From: Nemertoderma westbladi
Lineage: Eukaryota; Animalia; Xenacoelomorpha
Reading direction: 5' to 3'
Assembly: GCA_032718475.1 (NCBI GenBank)
Contig: JAUCBJ010005335.1
Coordinates: 2,112 to 66,111, forward strand
Length of the DNA stretch: 64,000 nt
Shown here: positions 13,090 through 25,798 of the stretch, piece after piece
How the letters are laid out: each line of letters opens with the position of its first letter
How positions within the stretch are numbered: position 1 is the stretch's first letter
Translations under genes and position numbers: made by a program
Notes under the pieces: model-generated
The model's database searches: none
The model's input: the letters and a program-made list of their open reading frames with translations, nothing else
What the model was told of the DNA's origin: nothing

Positions 13090-13420
13090 TGAACCCTTTG
13101 ACCATCTGCAATTCTAGTCGATTAAGATATCGCGGCACCCACCGATATACTTGAAAGACAAAATTCTAGAATCAGTGGTTAACGTTCTGGAATAAACTGG
13201 TGCCCATCCTAAATATTAATTATTAATATTTACAAAATCTGTCAAATTTTAGATCCTTTAACATTCTAGTCGATTAAGATATCGTAGCATTTACCGATAC
13301 TCTTAAAAAGACAAATTCATAGAATCAAGGATCCCAGTCCCCAGATATGCTCTGGAATCAAATTGTGTCTATTTAACATTAAATAATAAAATTTACGGGA
13401 ATAAATTTAAATTCAGATAT
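13090..13420 (+). repeat. ~150-bp tandem duplication in the spacer between pol and the extra ORF
   Basis: ATTCTAGTCGATTAAGATATCG...AAAGACAAA..T..AGAATCA at ~13111 and ~13263; also present in copy B (~47570-47850). Confidence 0.75.
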
Positions 13421-14183
13421 TTCAATGAATTTAATAAATTGTCATTTTGTACAATTTATAACATTCCCAAAATTCCATTAATTAATAGATCATGGGAGCG
13501 GAGATTCACTCTATTAAGTGTATTTGTGTGCGAGAATCTCCAATGTATAGTCAATAGCCGATAAAATTCATAGAATCATGTATAAAGGGGATATTGACCA
13601 TTAAAGAATTACTATTAAATAGCATCCCAGATCTGTATGCATGAGAATTACCCTAATTCTACCGCTAGCTTTCCATAATGTCACCATGGCAACAACCACG
13701 CTAGAATTAGAAGTGAGTTAAAAGAACAATAGAAGGCATGCCCCATTGAATAGCATAGGGAATAAATAGCGCACTGCTAGTATCCAAGGATACATAATAA
13801 ATACAGTGACATTCTGGAAGGTACTGACTAACGGACAAATGGCCCGAATGTGTGCAGTTTGTTGCAGTTGTGTTGAATTTGTGCGTTTGTAGGTGAATGT
13901 TACTACTAAGGTGTGTTTACAGTAGCGAGTCGCAATTGTGAAAGTAACCCTAACTCTCCAAGAAGAACCTGCAGTACATCTAAGCCTTTGGGACGGACAG
14001 TTAAGTGACTTGTGCCGGTTATCGTTGTCGTTGTGTAGCTACATCGTTGGCGAAAGCACAGCGACGACGGTACATCAGCGCTGAGGATCTTACACTGTCC
14101 GGGGGCAAAAGAGGGGTAGGCAGCGACGCCCGCTAGCCTAATATATATAAACTCATTATAATATTGATAAACTCATAGCAGAT

Positions 14184-17100
14184 ATGACTGAGTTGATAGA
14201 AGATGATCTTGGCATCAGGGAGCGATATACTCTACCTTTACAAGCGTTTGTCGATAGCTTGATACGCGGCGATGCTGGTCCAACTACTACGGAGGATGAT
14301 GGTCGTTATATCGAACCGCTAATGTCCCCGGAGCAACTTACGCGTGAATTGGACTATAGAAAGTTCACCGCTCGCTATACGCATCGTAATGGTACGTATA
14401 TGGACTTCTTAACCACTGGCCATCCTATCGATTTACACGACACGGACGATGTGGATACCGAAAGGGAAATGGTTTTATTTAAATATCATACCCAGCGGAA
14501 TCGGAACGATAAGCCAAGAATAGAACACGAGAACTCTATTCGAAACAGACTCGAAAGAGAAGACGTTGAAGAGCCGGATAAACGTAACGACTTCAACGAT
14601 TATCTGGAATTCTTGAGAGAAACATACCTCAATATTGCCAGTCAACAGAATCTCGAAACTCGATATCCTCAAGGTATATATCATAATCCTATGATAGAAC
14701 TCAAACGACTCTATTTCACTATGATGTATCTTACCGCCGATCGACCGCTACCCGTTGTCCCGGATAGCTTCGAACAGATGGAGGAATATTGTAAAACTGG
14801 AGAACGATCACCCGCGTTTCCTCTGCAAGACATGCGTCTTTGGTATTACTGCGACGAATGCCCTAGACCCAATCAGCAAACGGAAAGACATAAACATCCG
14901 CGGAGACGTTGCGCTAAACACAGTTTTACACGATATACTTACGGGAGTTTCGAGCGAAACCTGTTCGACGTGTCCCCTGCGGTCGCTCGACTCAAGCGAT
15001 CCTTGAACAAACCGATGATCAGAGTTCCGGAATACTCGGTCAGACCTCCGCATTCCTCAGTTAGACCTCAAACTCTTGACCCTAATAGTATCACGGATCC
15101 TCCCGAACTGTACTCACTGTTCAAAGATCTAGTGTTACCCGAACAGTTGATCGGTGGCACTCCGGTAGTAGGCTCACGAGACATTCGCCAACCCTACCTA
15201 GCTGGATTGGGACGTGGTCATCTAATATCACCATTTAACCCATACAACCGTCCCGGCTTCACCTCTATCCAACCCGTTACGGAAGTCGAAGAGAGCGTCG
15301 TACGAAATGCATTAGACGCTATTTGGCAGAAAATCGGAAAGGGAACGTACGATTGTTTGGAGAAGCGTAAATTGCAGCAACAAGTCCAAGCGGTGAAGGA
15401 ATTAGCTTTACCCCAGTTCGATAGAGAAATACAAAATCTCGAGGAGGACATCGAACGTGGAAGAACCTACTCTTTACAAGAGTTTCTAGATGAGCGTCTA
15501 CAACAACAAGCGGAGGAGAATCAGCTCGAGGAGAGACATATAGAACTGGATGAGAGAGAAGAAGCGGCTTTAGCTCAACCCGAAGTGCAAATCCTTATGA
15601 CGGATCTCTACTCTAAAACCATTCTTCATCCCTCGATGGCTCCCCATTTCGGAGACAAACTTTTTGCGACGGCACAACCCCAACCGGTTGATATCAACCT
15701 AAGATCTCGCGATCTTATCGCCGACGCTCCTCTGTTGCAGCGTCCGCCCATCGAACCCGCTCGTGTCGATGGTATACTCGTTGAACCTCCGGACAATAGA
15801 GCAGATCTTGTCCGTCGCATGGTACACGATGTAAACATACGCGCTAGACCTTTACCGGACTCGTTTTATGGGATCAAAGATCACCCTTATTACGTCAATC
15901 TAAAACAATATTACATGGTAAAACCGGAAGATCCTACACATAGTCTGAAGTTTCTACCGTTAATAAATCCTCTCGATATTGTCGAACTCGAACAACTGCA
16001 GAAACATCTGGATCAGTTAGTTAAAGTAAACTCGTTTTGAAAACCATATAATGTTTCCAGGATAGAGAAAGAAACAATACCTCCGTATAATCTTGATGGA
16101 TTCATCAAAACTCGTTTAGTGCACTGGAATCTTGATGTGTTATTCGAGGAGGAAAGAATACAACAATATGGAGATGTGGAAACATATACCACACAATATT
16201 TAAAGTATAAAGACCTGCCTAATGCTAGCGAATGTGCTACCTTGTGGCATCCTGTGGGAATGACACTCGAAAACGCCACTAAAGAATAGAACGAAACTCT
16301 TAACGTTATCGAGATGTATGGAGTTGTCACTTATGATAACAAAGGTAGCGTTCCGGTTGGAGAACTTGGAACTACGCGGATGATACATATACGAGGACTC
16401 GCTGGTTCTACCCACGTATTTACTCGAGCGTGTTCCGACGTTATTGATTATTCTTTTGAAACTCTTACTGAGATACAAAAGAAACTCCGACATGGACAAT
16501 TTGAACTCGCGCAGCGTTACGTCACCGACACCGAGCGCAAGCCGGCCATGGGTATCGATGGATCGATGTTACCCCAACCCGTGCTCGAGATGCTGTTTAA
16601 CGAAGGAATCCTTAAAATCGGCTCAGCTGTTTATGGAGACCTACAGAACGACTTTCGGAATATGGAGAACATTCCATACCCCTTCGTTGATACTCAGCTG
16701 ATTGCTCCTTGGGCAGAAGGCCGAGGTTTCTTCCGCACTACGTATGCCAATACACCCAACGGAATTACCAAAGTACAACGAACCTCCATTGGACATCTTG
16801 CCTTTCAAGAATACGGATGGAATTTCAAGGTTGGAAATCCTATAAATTACCAACAAGTATACGGAGATCATTATTCTCGTTTATACTTTGATGGACCATT
16901 GACCGCACCTGGCGCCGTGTATAGCTTTATGAGTGTTCCACTTCGTCCCTCCTTAGCCATATACACGATCTTTGAAAACGCAGCACTTGCCGGTTGGCTA
17001 GCCGATGTGTGCAGTCGTACCATACGCGCCCATCCCTTAATACTTGGAACCAAACTCACCAAGTTAGATGAACACAATAAATTCATACGCTTTGAATGTT

Positions 17101-18437
17101 TCAGGCGCTTTCTGACTCCGTTCCGTAACGTTGATAGTCAGTTCAAGGACTGCGCTCTGACCAAACTCAGCCTGAGAGACTCGGCGGCGGAGAAGCTAAA
17201 CAGCGCGGGATTTGCCCTTTTTCAGGACGTTTGTATACAGAACTTGCACTCATCTGTTATACAAAGACCCCGAATACCCACGGGTTATTCTGTCGTCGAA
17301 GTTCAGACAGTGGGTCCGCTTGCGGAGACAGCCGCACCTACCTCAGCTATGCAATTGGAAGACGAACCAATATGCTTAGAAGCTGAAGCGATTCAGCCTA
17401 CAGCGCCCCGGAGCAGCGATAACGACTACGTCTTAGAGTGGTATCAAGGTCCATAATGTCTCACCGCATACGATTATCGACACGCTAACTATGTTTCTCG
17501 AAAACGTTGTCGATTATGCGCATCGAGAGACCATTTCACTCCTATGGACTCAGACGTACCCTGTTCCTATTTCCACGAACAACCAATGATGGAGATATAT
17601 TGTGCGTATTGCAGACTTAATAACTCTCATATTTTTGCAGTCTGCCCCCAATTTATGACTCAATGCCACCACTGTCAACTTAAAGGACATGCCAGTTATA
17701 ATTGCCCCTTTAATCACGATTTAGAGAGCGTAGATGAAATGATTACCCTTCGCTACATCCGAGCTTGGGAAGCTAACGCGGATTTACACTGTGAGTCCCG
17801 TCATCGATACTACCCTGGACGCTCTTACGAGGGAGTTTACGCGTTCCATCCTTATTTATTAGCGTCTGTGGAACAAAAAACACGCATACCGAGTTACGAG
17901 CTAATGAAGCGTGTTGGTGAGTGTATTTCCACTAAATTTGTTAGAAGATACCTTAGAAACGTCAATCCTAACGATATTACTTCATACCATTTGATCAATT
18001 ATATCCGTCAAGACCCTGAGTATGGCGATTTATTTATCAACTCGCACCCTGAGTTACAGGAAGTATCTCGACGGCCCTACGAATATCGAGCCCGAGAACG
18101 CGAGCTGGAAAGAACTATTAAACCAAGGAAGTTTCTCACCACTCACGGTCCGCCTACCGCCATTGCCCAGACAACCCGTCAAGGACCCGTAGGAGCTGCT
18201 GTCCTGAGGCGCGCCCTAAAGGCTGTTAGACCTTGCTCCACGGAAGTTGATATCGATCAACCAGGTACCTCGACCGGCGGATACACCGATCGCAATCCGA
18301 AACCTTCTGATGCAATTGTATTGCACCCTTCACCCAGGAGTTACAGCCCTCCTAGTAAAGTGGCTCGCCCCAAAGAGAAAAGGACTCTTACTAGCCTCAA
18401 AAAACTGCGTAAACGCCGTCCACGTAAGAAAGACTAA
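14184..18437 (+). pseudogene. Extra (non-env) ORF of BEL copy A, ~1417 codons: Cys/His motif, coiled coil, DEDDy exonuclease-like domain, CCHC knuckles, basic tail
   Basis: ORFs 14184, 16314 and 17544 share one frame, broken only by single stops (TGA 16038, TAG 16287, TAA 17454). The last stop is CAG in copy B. N- and C-terminal parts are conserved in copy B. Confidence 0.88.
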
Positions 18438-18503
18438 CTGTTTAGAGTATTTTTATATTTTAGAAACTGTGATTTGTTGTATTTTATAGACTTAAATCCC
18501 ATT

Positions 18504-18515
18504 TTCTGGGAGCGG
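18504..18515 (+). promoter_or_regulatory. Polypurine tract (..TGGGAGCGG) of copy A
   Basis: Immediately before the TGT of the 3' LTR; identical in copy B (45241-45252, minus). Confidence 0.8.
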
Positions 18516-19671
18516 TGTAAAAGCTTTTGCGTAATTAACCGGTTATTTTCCCTTAAAGTACTCTGTAGTTGGTTTACCAGGCATAAAAAGGCCGTGTCCT
18601 TGCTGTACTGGTGTTTTAGAGGACATAAAAGTCATTTCCTCTGTATTTGTACTTTAGAGGACATAATCCGCAATCTCGTGACGCGATAAGCTAGATACTC
18701 TTGAAAACAGTGTCGCTACCATGACGACGGCTAACAGCTGATATTGCCACGTCGACATTTCTTTGTTTCTTTGTTCTCTCGTTGTTCGGTTGACCAATCA
18801 GAGCGTTTTTTGTCTCTGTGTTGGAGGTGGATACAGAACTCAGTAGTTCAGTGTTATGTTTTTGCCCAGAGCCTAAGAACACCGGCTTTTGGCACCTCCG
18901 TGTTTCAGTCTTTAGTCTTACATTAGTAGGCTTAATTATAGAACGTATATCTGTTATCTAACCAAACGAGCTACTTACTTACTCACTCACTATCCATAAA
19001 TTACTAATATTACTGCTTTTGCTGTCGGTTATTCATTATATTTGTTGATGAAATATTATATCGGAATACTGATCAATAGTCAGATACCCCACCTTCTTGA
19101 TATACTAAAGGTTAGAGAGACCGGTTACAGATAAACGATTGCGACCTATGTTAAGTGGTTTGAAGTGAATCTAATGCTATTTCATATGCCCGACATAAAT
19201 TATATGTTGCTCTCTTTATACGTGACCAAATTTAGTGAAGGTCGGCAGATTAGTGTGCAGTATTGTGCAGCATTGTGTATGAGTGTAACTGATAACAAAG
19301 CATCTCCTAAAGAATGCGCCATATACGTGAATCTATAGCCTTTTCGTTGTGTCTAGTTTAAGCCATAACTCTGTTTACATATTTAGAGCGCCACGTCCTA
19401 AAAGGAACTGTTAATATTTCCCGAAAGTGAATAATATTTGTCAGAGATTATATATTACGATCAGTCGAATAATACAGTAGGCTTACACCATCAATCATTA
19501 AGCTCCGAACTCAGTCTCCCGGGTATATCCAACGGGTGAATGATTGCGCATAGACTGGCTTCGGCTAATGTAGTGTATCAAATACTCGTCATAGGCTAAA
19601 GACTATCTATCATCCAAAAGACATTCTAATTTTGGCAGGTTAAACTGTCAAAGGTCTTAAAAGCGCAAACA
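18516..19671 (+). repeat. 3' LTR of BEL copy A
   Basis: Direct repeat of 1102-2257, followed by TSD GGTCC. Confidence 0.96.
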
Positions 19672-19676
19672 GGTCC

Positions 19677-20893
19677 AGCTTAACAAGCAACCACGTGACG
19701 AACAAGTCTCGGCATTTTTTGGCTACTGCACACCTCTGCTTTTGTCTAAGATGGAACACGTGGTACACGTTCCACAAGACACTGACCTCTGTTTAGAAGA
19801 ATTTTTGGACATGTTCGAAACATATCTACGAGGTAAACAGAATGTCTCCTTGGATCGGTTGGAGCTTACCTTATGCCGACAACAAGACGGCGAGAGTTTC
19901 GATGACTTCTATACCCATCTATGCGAATCTGCTGCTACAGCGGGGTTACGTTCCATGGGGCACGATGAGTGGATGTCAACCTTAATAACTGTCGGCATAC
20001 AAAATGAAGAAATTCGACAAGATTTATTGGGTAAATTTCCGGCATTGAACCACGATGAAACCGTAAAATTTTGCCGCTGTGAAGAAGCTGCAAGAATACA
20101 TCGAGTCAAGGTGAAAAATGTACTGGCTGGGTCGAGTAATAAATCTTCAATGTTGACAGCTGCTTCATCCACAAACCAAACTACTGGTAAGAAAAAATAT
20201 AAGGGCCGATATCGATCGAAGAGCAGGAATAGGAACCCGTCAAGTTCACGAGGCCCTCAAGCGGATTCCTGCACTAAATGTGGTTACGATAAACACTATG
20301 GTGGCAAGGAGTGCCCGGCAAAGGGAAAAACGTGCTCATACTGTCACAAATCCCATCACTTTGCACAAGTGTGTCGAAATAAATCGAATTTCGGCAGTAA
20401 TAACCGGAACCGTAGCAGTTCTCCAAAACCCTCATCCGCCATCCACATCGCCATGGTTAGGCATTCCGCTACTCCATACGTCTCAGTAACGTTATTCGAC
20501 CATGTAACAAAGAAGTCAGTTGGAGACCAATCTGCAATTCCTGATACCGGTTCCCAGTGTACCATCGCCGGTATAGAGCTGCTCCATAACCAGGGAATTG
20601 ACATCGCCAACATTAATCCACCCAGCGAGGAGAAACTGGTGAGTGTAAATGGGAAAGTATTAAAACAGTTGGGTTGTATTACATTTTGTATAGTTCTAGA
20701 AGGTAGACAGGTTATTGAGGAAGTAAAAATATGTCAAGATGTTGAATTTATGTATCTGTCCCTCAATACATGCAAAAAACTAGGTATTGTTCCTTGGAGT
20801 TTTCCAAAACCCCCTCCATTATGCAGTGAAATGAGAACTGCGACTCACCTATGCTCTGGTTGTCAATCTAACTGTGTACACCCAAATTTATAA
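19677..20893 (+). pseudogene. gag: G1 gag C-terminal part and aspartic protease
   Basis: RQQDGESFDDFY gag motif, Mag-type knuckles CTKCGYDKH...CPAKGKTCSYCHKSHHFAQVC, and protease motif PDTGSQC. Confidence 0.88.
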
Positions 20894-20899
20894 AGGGAT

Positions 20900-23372
20900 C
20901 TCAACCTATTTTTGTACAAACCTCCCACACAAAGTGGATAAATAACTTACCTAAAAATCCTTCCGACAATGAAATAACAAATATTCGCGAGGAGTTAATT
21001 AAACATTATACAACGGTTTTTGATTCAAATATTGAACTGTGGAGCATGGTAGGCTCTACTATTGGTGATCCCATGAGGATCGAGTTAAAAGCGGATTTTA
21101 AACCCTTTGCAGTTCATGCAGCTCGATCTATTCCCTTTGCAAGGAGGGAGCAAGTGAAGAAGGAGCTGGATGACATGGTTGCTGGTGGTATAATTGAACC
21201 AGTCGGTGACCGCCCCACCGAGTGGTGCCATCCACTCGTTGTGGCAAATAAACCTAACGGAGGGATTCGAATGTGTGTGGATCTCACAAACCTTAATAGA
21301 CAGGTAAAGAGGGTAATCCACCCAACAAATCCACCTCTTAATGTTGTAGCTGACATTTCCCCAACATCCAAATATTTTACCGTCTTAGATGCCAAAAAAG
21401 GATATTGGCAAGTCGATCTACACCCAGAAGCTAGAGACCTGACCTGTTTTATAACGCCCTGGGGACGGTTTATTTTTCTCCGTGCACCTATGGGTTATAT
21501 TAATACCGGAGATTCTTATAATTTAAGAAATGATTTGGTATTGTCAGATATAGAAAATATTCACAGACTGGTGGATGACATTTTGGTTGAGGATAATGAT
21601 TTTAAGATACATACTGACAGAATATGTACTGTTCTAGAACGTTGTGCCAAACACAACATAACATTAAATGTGCAGAAATTCAAATTTGCTAAAAGTGAAG
21701 TCAAATTTGCTGGATACATAGTCACTGATTGTGGAATTAAGGCTGACCCCAATAAAGTGGATGCAATATCACAGTTTCCAACACCCACTAATCGATCTGA
21801 ATTGAGATCATTTATGGGACTGGTCCAGCAATTGGCCCCCTTTTCGAATGAAATCAGTAGTGCTGCTAGTCCTCTCCGTGATATAATGAAGATGAGGAAT
21901 GATTTTATTTGGACTGAAAATCATAAAACTGCATTTAATGAGGTTAAAAAAGCCCTTGCAGCCCCCCCCTATTTTAACAACATTCAACCCAAAATCAGAG
22001 ATAGTATTAGAAACTGATGCGTCACGTACCAAAGGTCTAGGATTTGCAAAAACTAAACTATTCAGACAGTTTTAGATTACTTCAATGCGGATCTAGATTC
22101 CTCACCGAAGCGGAAACTCGATATGCTACTATTGAGTTAGAAGCCCTCGCAATCTTGTGGGCGACTCGTAAATGCAGAATGTATTTGTCTGGTTTACCCA
22201 ATTACATAGTAGTCACGGATCACCGCCCCCTCTTGCCGATTTTTAATACTCATACTCTTGATATGGTGGAAAATGTCCGAATTCAGAATTTTAAAATGAA
22301 ACTTAGCGAATATAATTTCAATTTAATATGGCGAAAAGGGAAGGACCACTGTATCGCCGATGCTCTTTCCCGTGCCCCCGTTTCAGATCCTGACATGGAG
22401 GACGAAAATGAGGGGATAATAATGAAGAATATTTCTGCCATTGCTATACAAGCTGCAGTTACAGCCTTAGATGACTCAGAATTTAATCGATCGCCGCCAT
22501 ATGTTGATCCTATTCTAGAGAAAATTAACAACGTTGCCACAACTGATGAGGATTATCAGGCTCTAATTAATGCTGTAAAATCTAACTTCACACTCCCATT
22601 TACTAATAACTCGTTTGTACAACAGCTGAAGGGTACATGGAATGAATTGTCTATAGACGATAACCTTGTCATATTTGGCCGACGATTAATTATTCCTAAA
22701 ACACTCCGTAAAGAGGTCATTGACCGTTTACATGACTCCCATCAAGGTATTGAGCGGATGAAGCGACGATCACGTGAATCAGTTTACTGGCCTGGAATCA
22801 ACAGTGACCTCACTAATAGAGTCAGACAATGTTCTAAATGTCAAGAACGGTTGCCTAGCAACCATAAAGAAACATACTTTGCTGATCCCCCACCATCTAG
22901 AATTTTTGAATCGGTTTCTTCAGACCTCTTCTACTATGGTGGAAAATGTTATCTTACATACGTGGATAGACTCTCAGGGTTCCCATTCATAGCCAGATGG
23001 GCATCCGACCCATCGGCCTCCCAGGTTATTGCACAGGTCCGTCAATATTTTGTGCAAACCGGAGTACCCGTTCGCATGCGTTCGGACGGGGGGCCCCAAT
23101 ACCAGTCCAAAGAATTTCGCCATTTTCTTTGTCGCTGGGGCGTTCGTTGGGAGCCATCCACACCATACTACCCCCAATCGAATGGACATGCTGAGGTTAA
23201 TGTGCGGATTTTGAAAAACCTCGTGGCCAAAGCCGATGACGGGCGTATAGACACTGAACCGTTTTTACGTGGCCTTCTAGAACTTCGGAATTCTCCAAGA
23301 ATAGATGGCTGTTCACCTTCCCAAATAGTTTACGGCCACCCGCTCCGTTCACAGGTTCCAGCACACTACAGA
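20900..23372 (+). pseudogene. pol: G1 pol (RT, RNase H, integrase), frameshifted
   Basis: RT: RMCVDL, LDAKKGYWQ, RAPMG, LVDD. RNase H: YATIELEAL, VTDHRPL, IADALSR. Integrase: HDSHQG...CSKC, SSDLF, SDGGPQY, SNGHAE. Frame breaks near 20890 and 21970-22044. Confidence 0.92.
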
Positions 23373-23374
23373 TT

Positions 23375-23830
23375 AAATATTCTGTTGTTGTGATAGACAT
23401 CGTGCATGATTTTTGATACCTCCAATTTATATATACTATCAATTGGGAGAATGTTTAAAGTCTTATACAGTGTTTTGGAGGATGCTTGCCGGTGGCTATA
23501 TGTAATTGCCCTTAAAATTTTATTTAACTCTTATCCGTAGTGGTTTTATCACATTATTGGATGAATAGATCCAAACTGCTAAACTGTATAGGATATATGG
23601 GTGAATAAGAGCAAAGTACAACATGTGCATAATATGTTCTGAAAAAACATAACGAAGCTTATAGAACAACCCAACAAATTTTGATATCTTCTTATTAATG
23701 TATTCGAATGCGGTTTCCAAAATAATTTACTGTCAATAATCAATCCAAGATATTTTGTTTCTGAAGTTTCTTTAACTACTGTATTATTCACTATACTGTA
23801 TACTGTGGGATCCACATTGCACATTGCACA
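23375..23830 (-). mobile_element. LINE fragment (post-RT region, CR1/L2/Jockey-like)
   Basis: ETKYLGLIIDSKLFWKPH followed, frameshifted, by LYKLRYVF...LYFALIHPYILY...W. Confidence 0.75.
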
Positions 23831-24739
23831 AAGTATTATGACAAATACTACAACTATATATATTTTCAGATAGAAGTATGGCAAAATAAAATTAGTTGAA
23901 TTAGTAAATAAATTAATAAATAGAATATAAATATAATATTATATAATAAAAATTAAAATAAACTGAAATTAGTTAAAATTTTAGTTAAAATATTTCTAGG
24001 TAACGCAGTAACTGTAATGCTTAAATCAAAATAATTTAACAAGTTTTCAAAGAAGCCTTTCTTTACCGAGGTACTTTCTTTACACTTCGACATTATTACT
24101 GCCGAAAATATCGGGGGAAACAATATGGGCAGTAAATACGTGAACTGAGAGAACCTTCCGATTGGTCAATCATTAAATAGATAAACTAATCTTATAGAGT
24201 TGATTGTCACCTCCCGTCATGTGACGTTTGTTCAGATATTTGTAAAGAATCTGATTCCAGTAGACCTTGTGTAACTGAAATAACTCCCTTTGTTACGGGT
24301 TCATAAGGTCACGGTGGAACTCGTTTCGACATTTCTCCTTTGAAGAGAAGCTTTGATTACTTGCCGTTTTGATTGGCTTTTGAGTTTAGCCGAGGGAACA
24401 AGGCTTACCTTCTCAGATTCTGTCAGCACCAGTTAAATTGATTAACCAATAGAAATCAGAGTTTATTGGCATTCACTCCAATTGAATAAATATTACTTTA
24501 CTTTAAATACTATAGATCAGTGTATAGTGGTATGAATAATTGTGGTTCTTTAACAGATAATGAATGCAGCAATAATTACACTGTAAACTCTTTGTATTAA
24601 ACGAATCCCGAGGGAGTGAGTAATGATATAAATAAATAGCCAAAAATGCTTCAAAACTCGCTTTGTCATTCCTGCAACTAAATGATAAGCTGCCTTAATT
24701 TAAGCGGATAAATTCGGTTTAGAATTAATTGTGAATGAG

Positions 24740-25200
24740 ACACTTACAGGGTAGGGTACAACCAACATACGAGTATACCGAGATGAACTGATGAAGAGAA
24801 CCCAGAAAAATGGTGAACAGTTTTGGGACTTCCTTCGGGAACTGCAAAATAAACTCTAACACTGCAGGTATAAAAATGAACCAGTAGACCCTGAGGGCAA
24901 CTGTCTGCTCGATACTAGTATATTCACAGGAAAGTCACATATTGTTGGATACAGTATAAACGATATAAATAAACTCGACAGTATAAACAAGTCAAAGACT
25001 CCACAAGAATGTCATCTACTAATACATATACCCATACTAGAAATAGTTTTCAACCATTCCGTTCCCAAGGCTATGGCCACGGAGTAGGCAGTGTGTGTGT
25101 ACAATGTCCACACAATCCCAGAAAAATCTGCCCTGCAAATAATCTCCGATGCGATAATTGTGGATCGTTTGGGCATTTTTGAGTACCATGGTGGTGGTGG
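24740..25200 (+). pseudogene. Degraded Gypsy/Mag-like gag fragment
   Basis: Manual translation gives KRTQKNGEQFWDFLRELQNKL*HC (from 24794) and CPANNLRCDNCGSFGHF (~25128-25180). Confidence 0.6.
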
Positions 25201-25798
25201 TCCGCCCTGCCAAGCTGAAGTGTTCCAAGGTAGTCAAGGTAATCCTCGCTATAACTATGTACACAATTGCAATGCAGACTATGAACAGGAGTACAATAAT
25301 GAAAGTTATCAAACACAGGAAATATAGATATTGATGATACTGACTGTTTACACAACAGTAGCAATACATAATTCATTCTCATTACGTGGACTAAGGGATG
25401 GGAATGTTTTAGATTCGGCCCGATTTGGTTGGCTAAAGGACATTGGGGGTATGTCCCTATGAAAACATTTCATAATGGGGGGAACTTATATCACCTCTGT
25501 GCAGGGGACAACCCACATGGTCCAGATGGTACACCAGCATCATTAACCAATGTAGGTTTATTTCAGTGGGAGTTATATCTAGACACTAAAAATTATCATA
25601 CAAGTATCATGGTGATTGAAGGCCTTACAACTGACAAGGATGCATTAAACTAGGTTTATTACCAGAAAGTTTCCCTTGACACCTATTCAAAATTCACTCT
25701 CAAGTACCGATAGTAACCACATATTAATATAGATGCTGATGTTTAACCAAAATGTTCCCTATCAATTCTATGGTAAAATCCATAAGATGGCAGGTGAT

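Larger units (their letters stand above)
1102..19671 (+). mobile_element. BEL/Pao LTR retrotransposon copy A, full length, 18,570 bp, TSD GGTCC
   Basis: Two 1156-bp TGT...ACA LTRs. GGTCC at 1097-1101 and 19672-19676. BEL-type gag-pol. Confidence 0.96.
1..23372 (+). mobile_element. Ty3/Gypsy (Mag-like) LTR retrotransposon G1, interrupted by BEL copy A and 3'-truncated
   Basis: Domain order gag-PR-RT-RH-IN. Integrase-like sequence ends abruptly near 23372 and no 3' LTR is seen. Confidence 0.88.

Noticed and set aside
14184-18437. env gene at the usual post-pol position
   Set aside because: No signal peptide, no C-terminal transmembrane segment and no glycoprotein-like Cys pattern; it ends in a basic tail.
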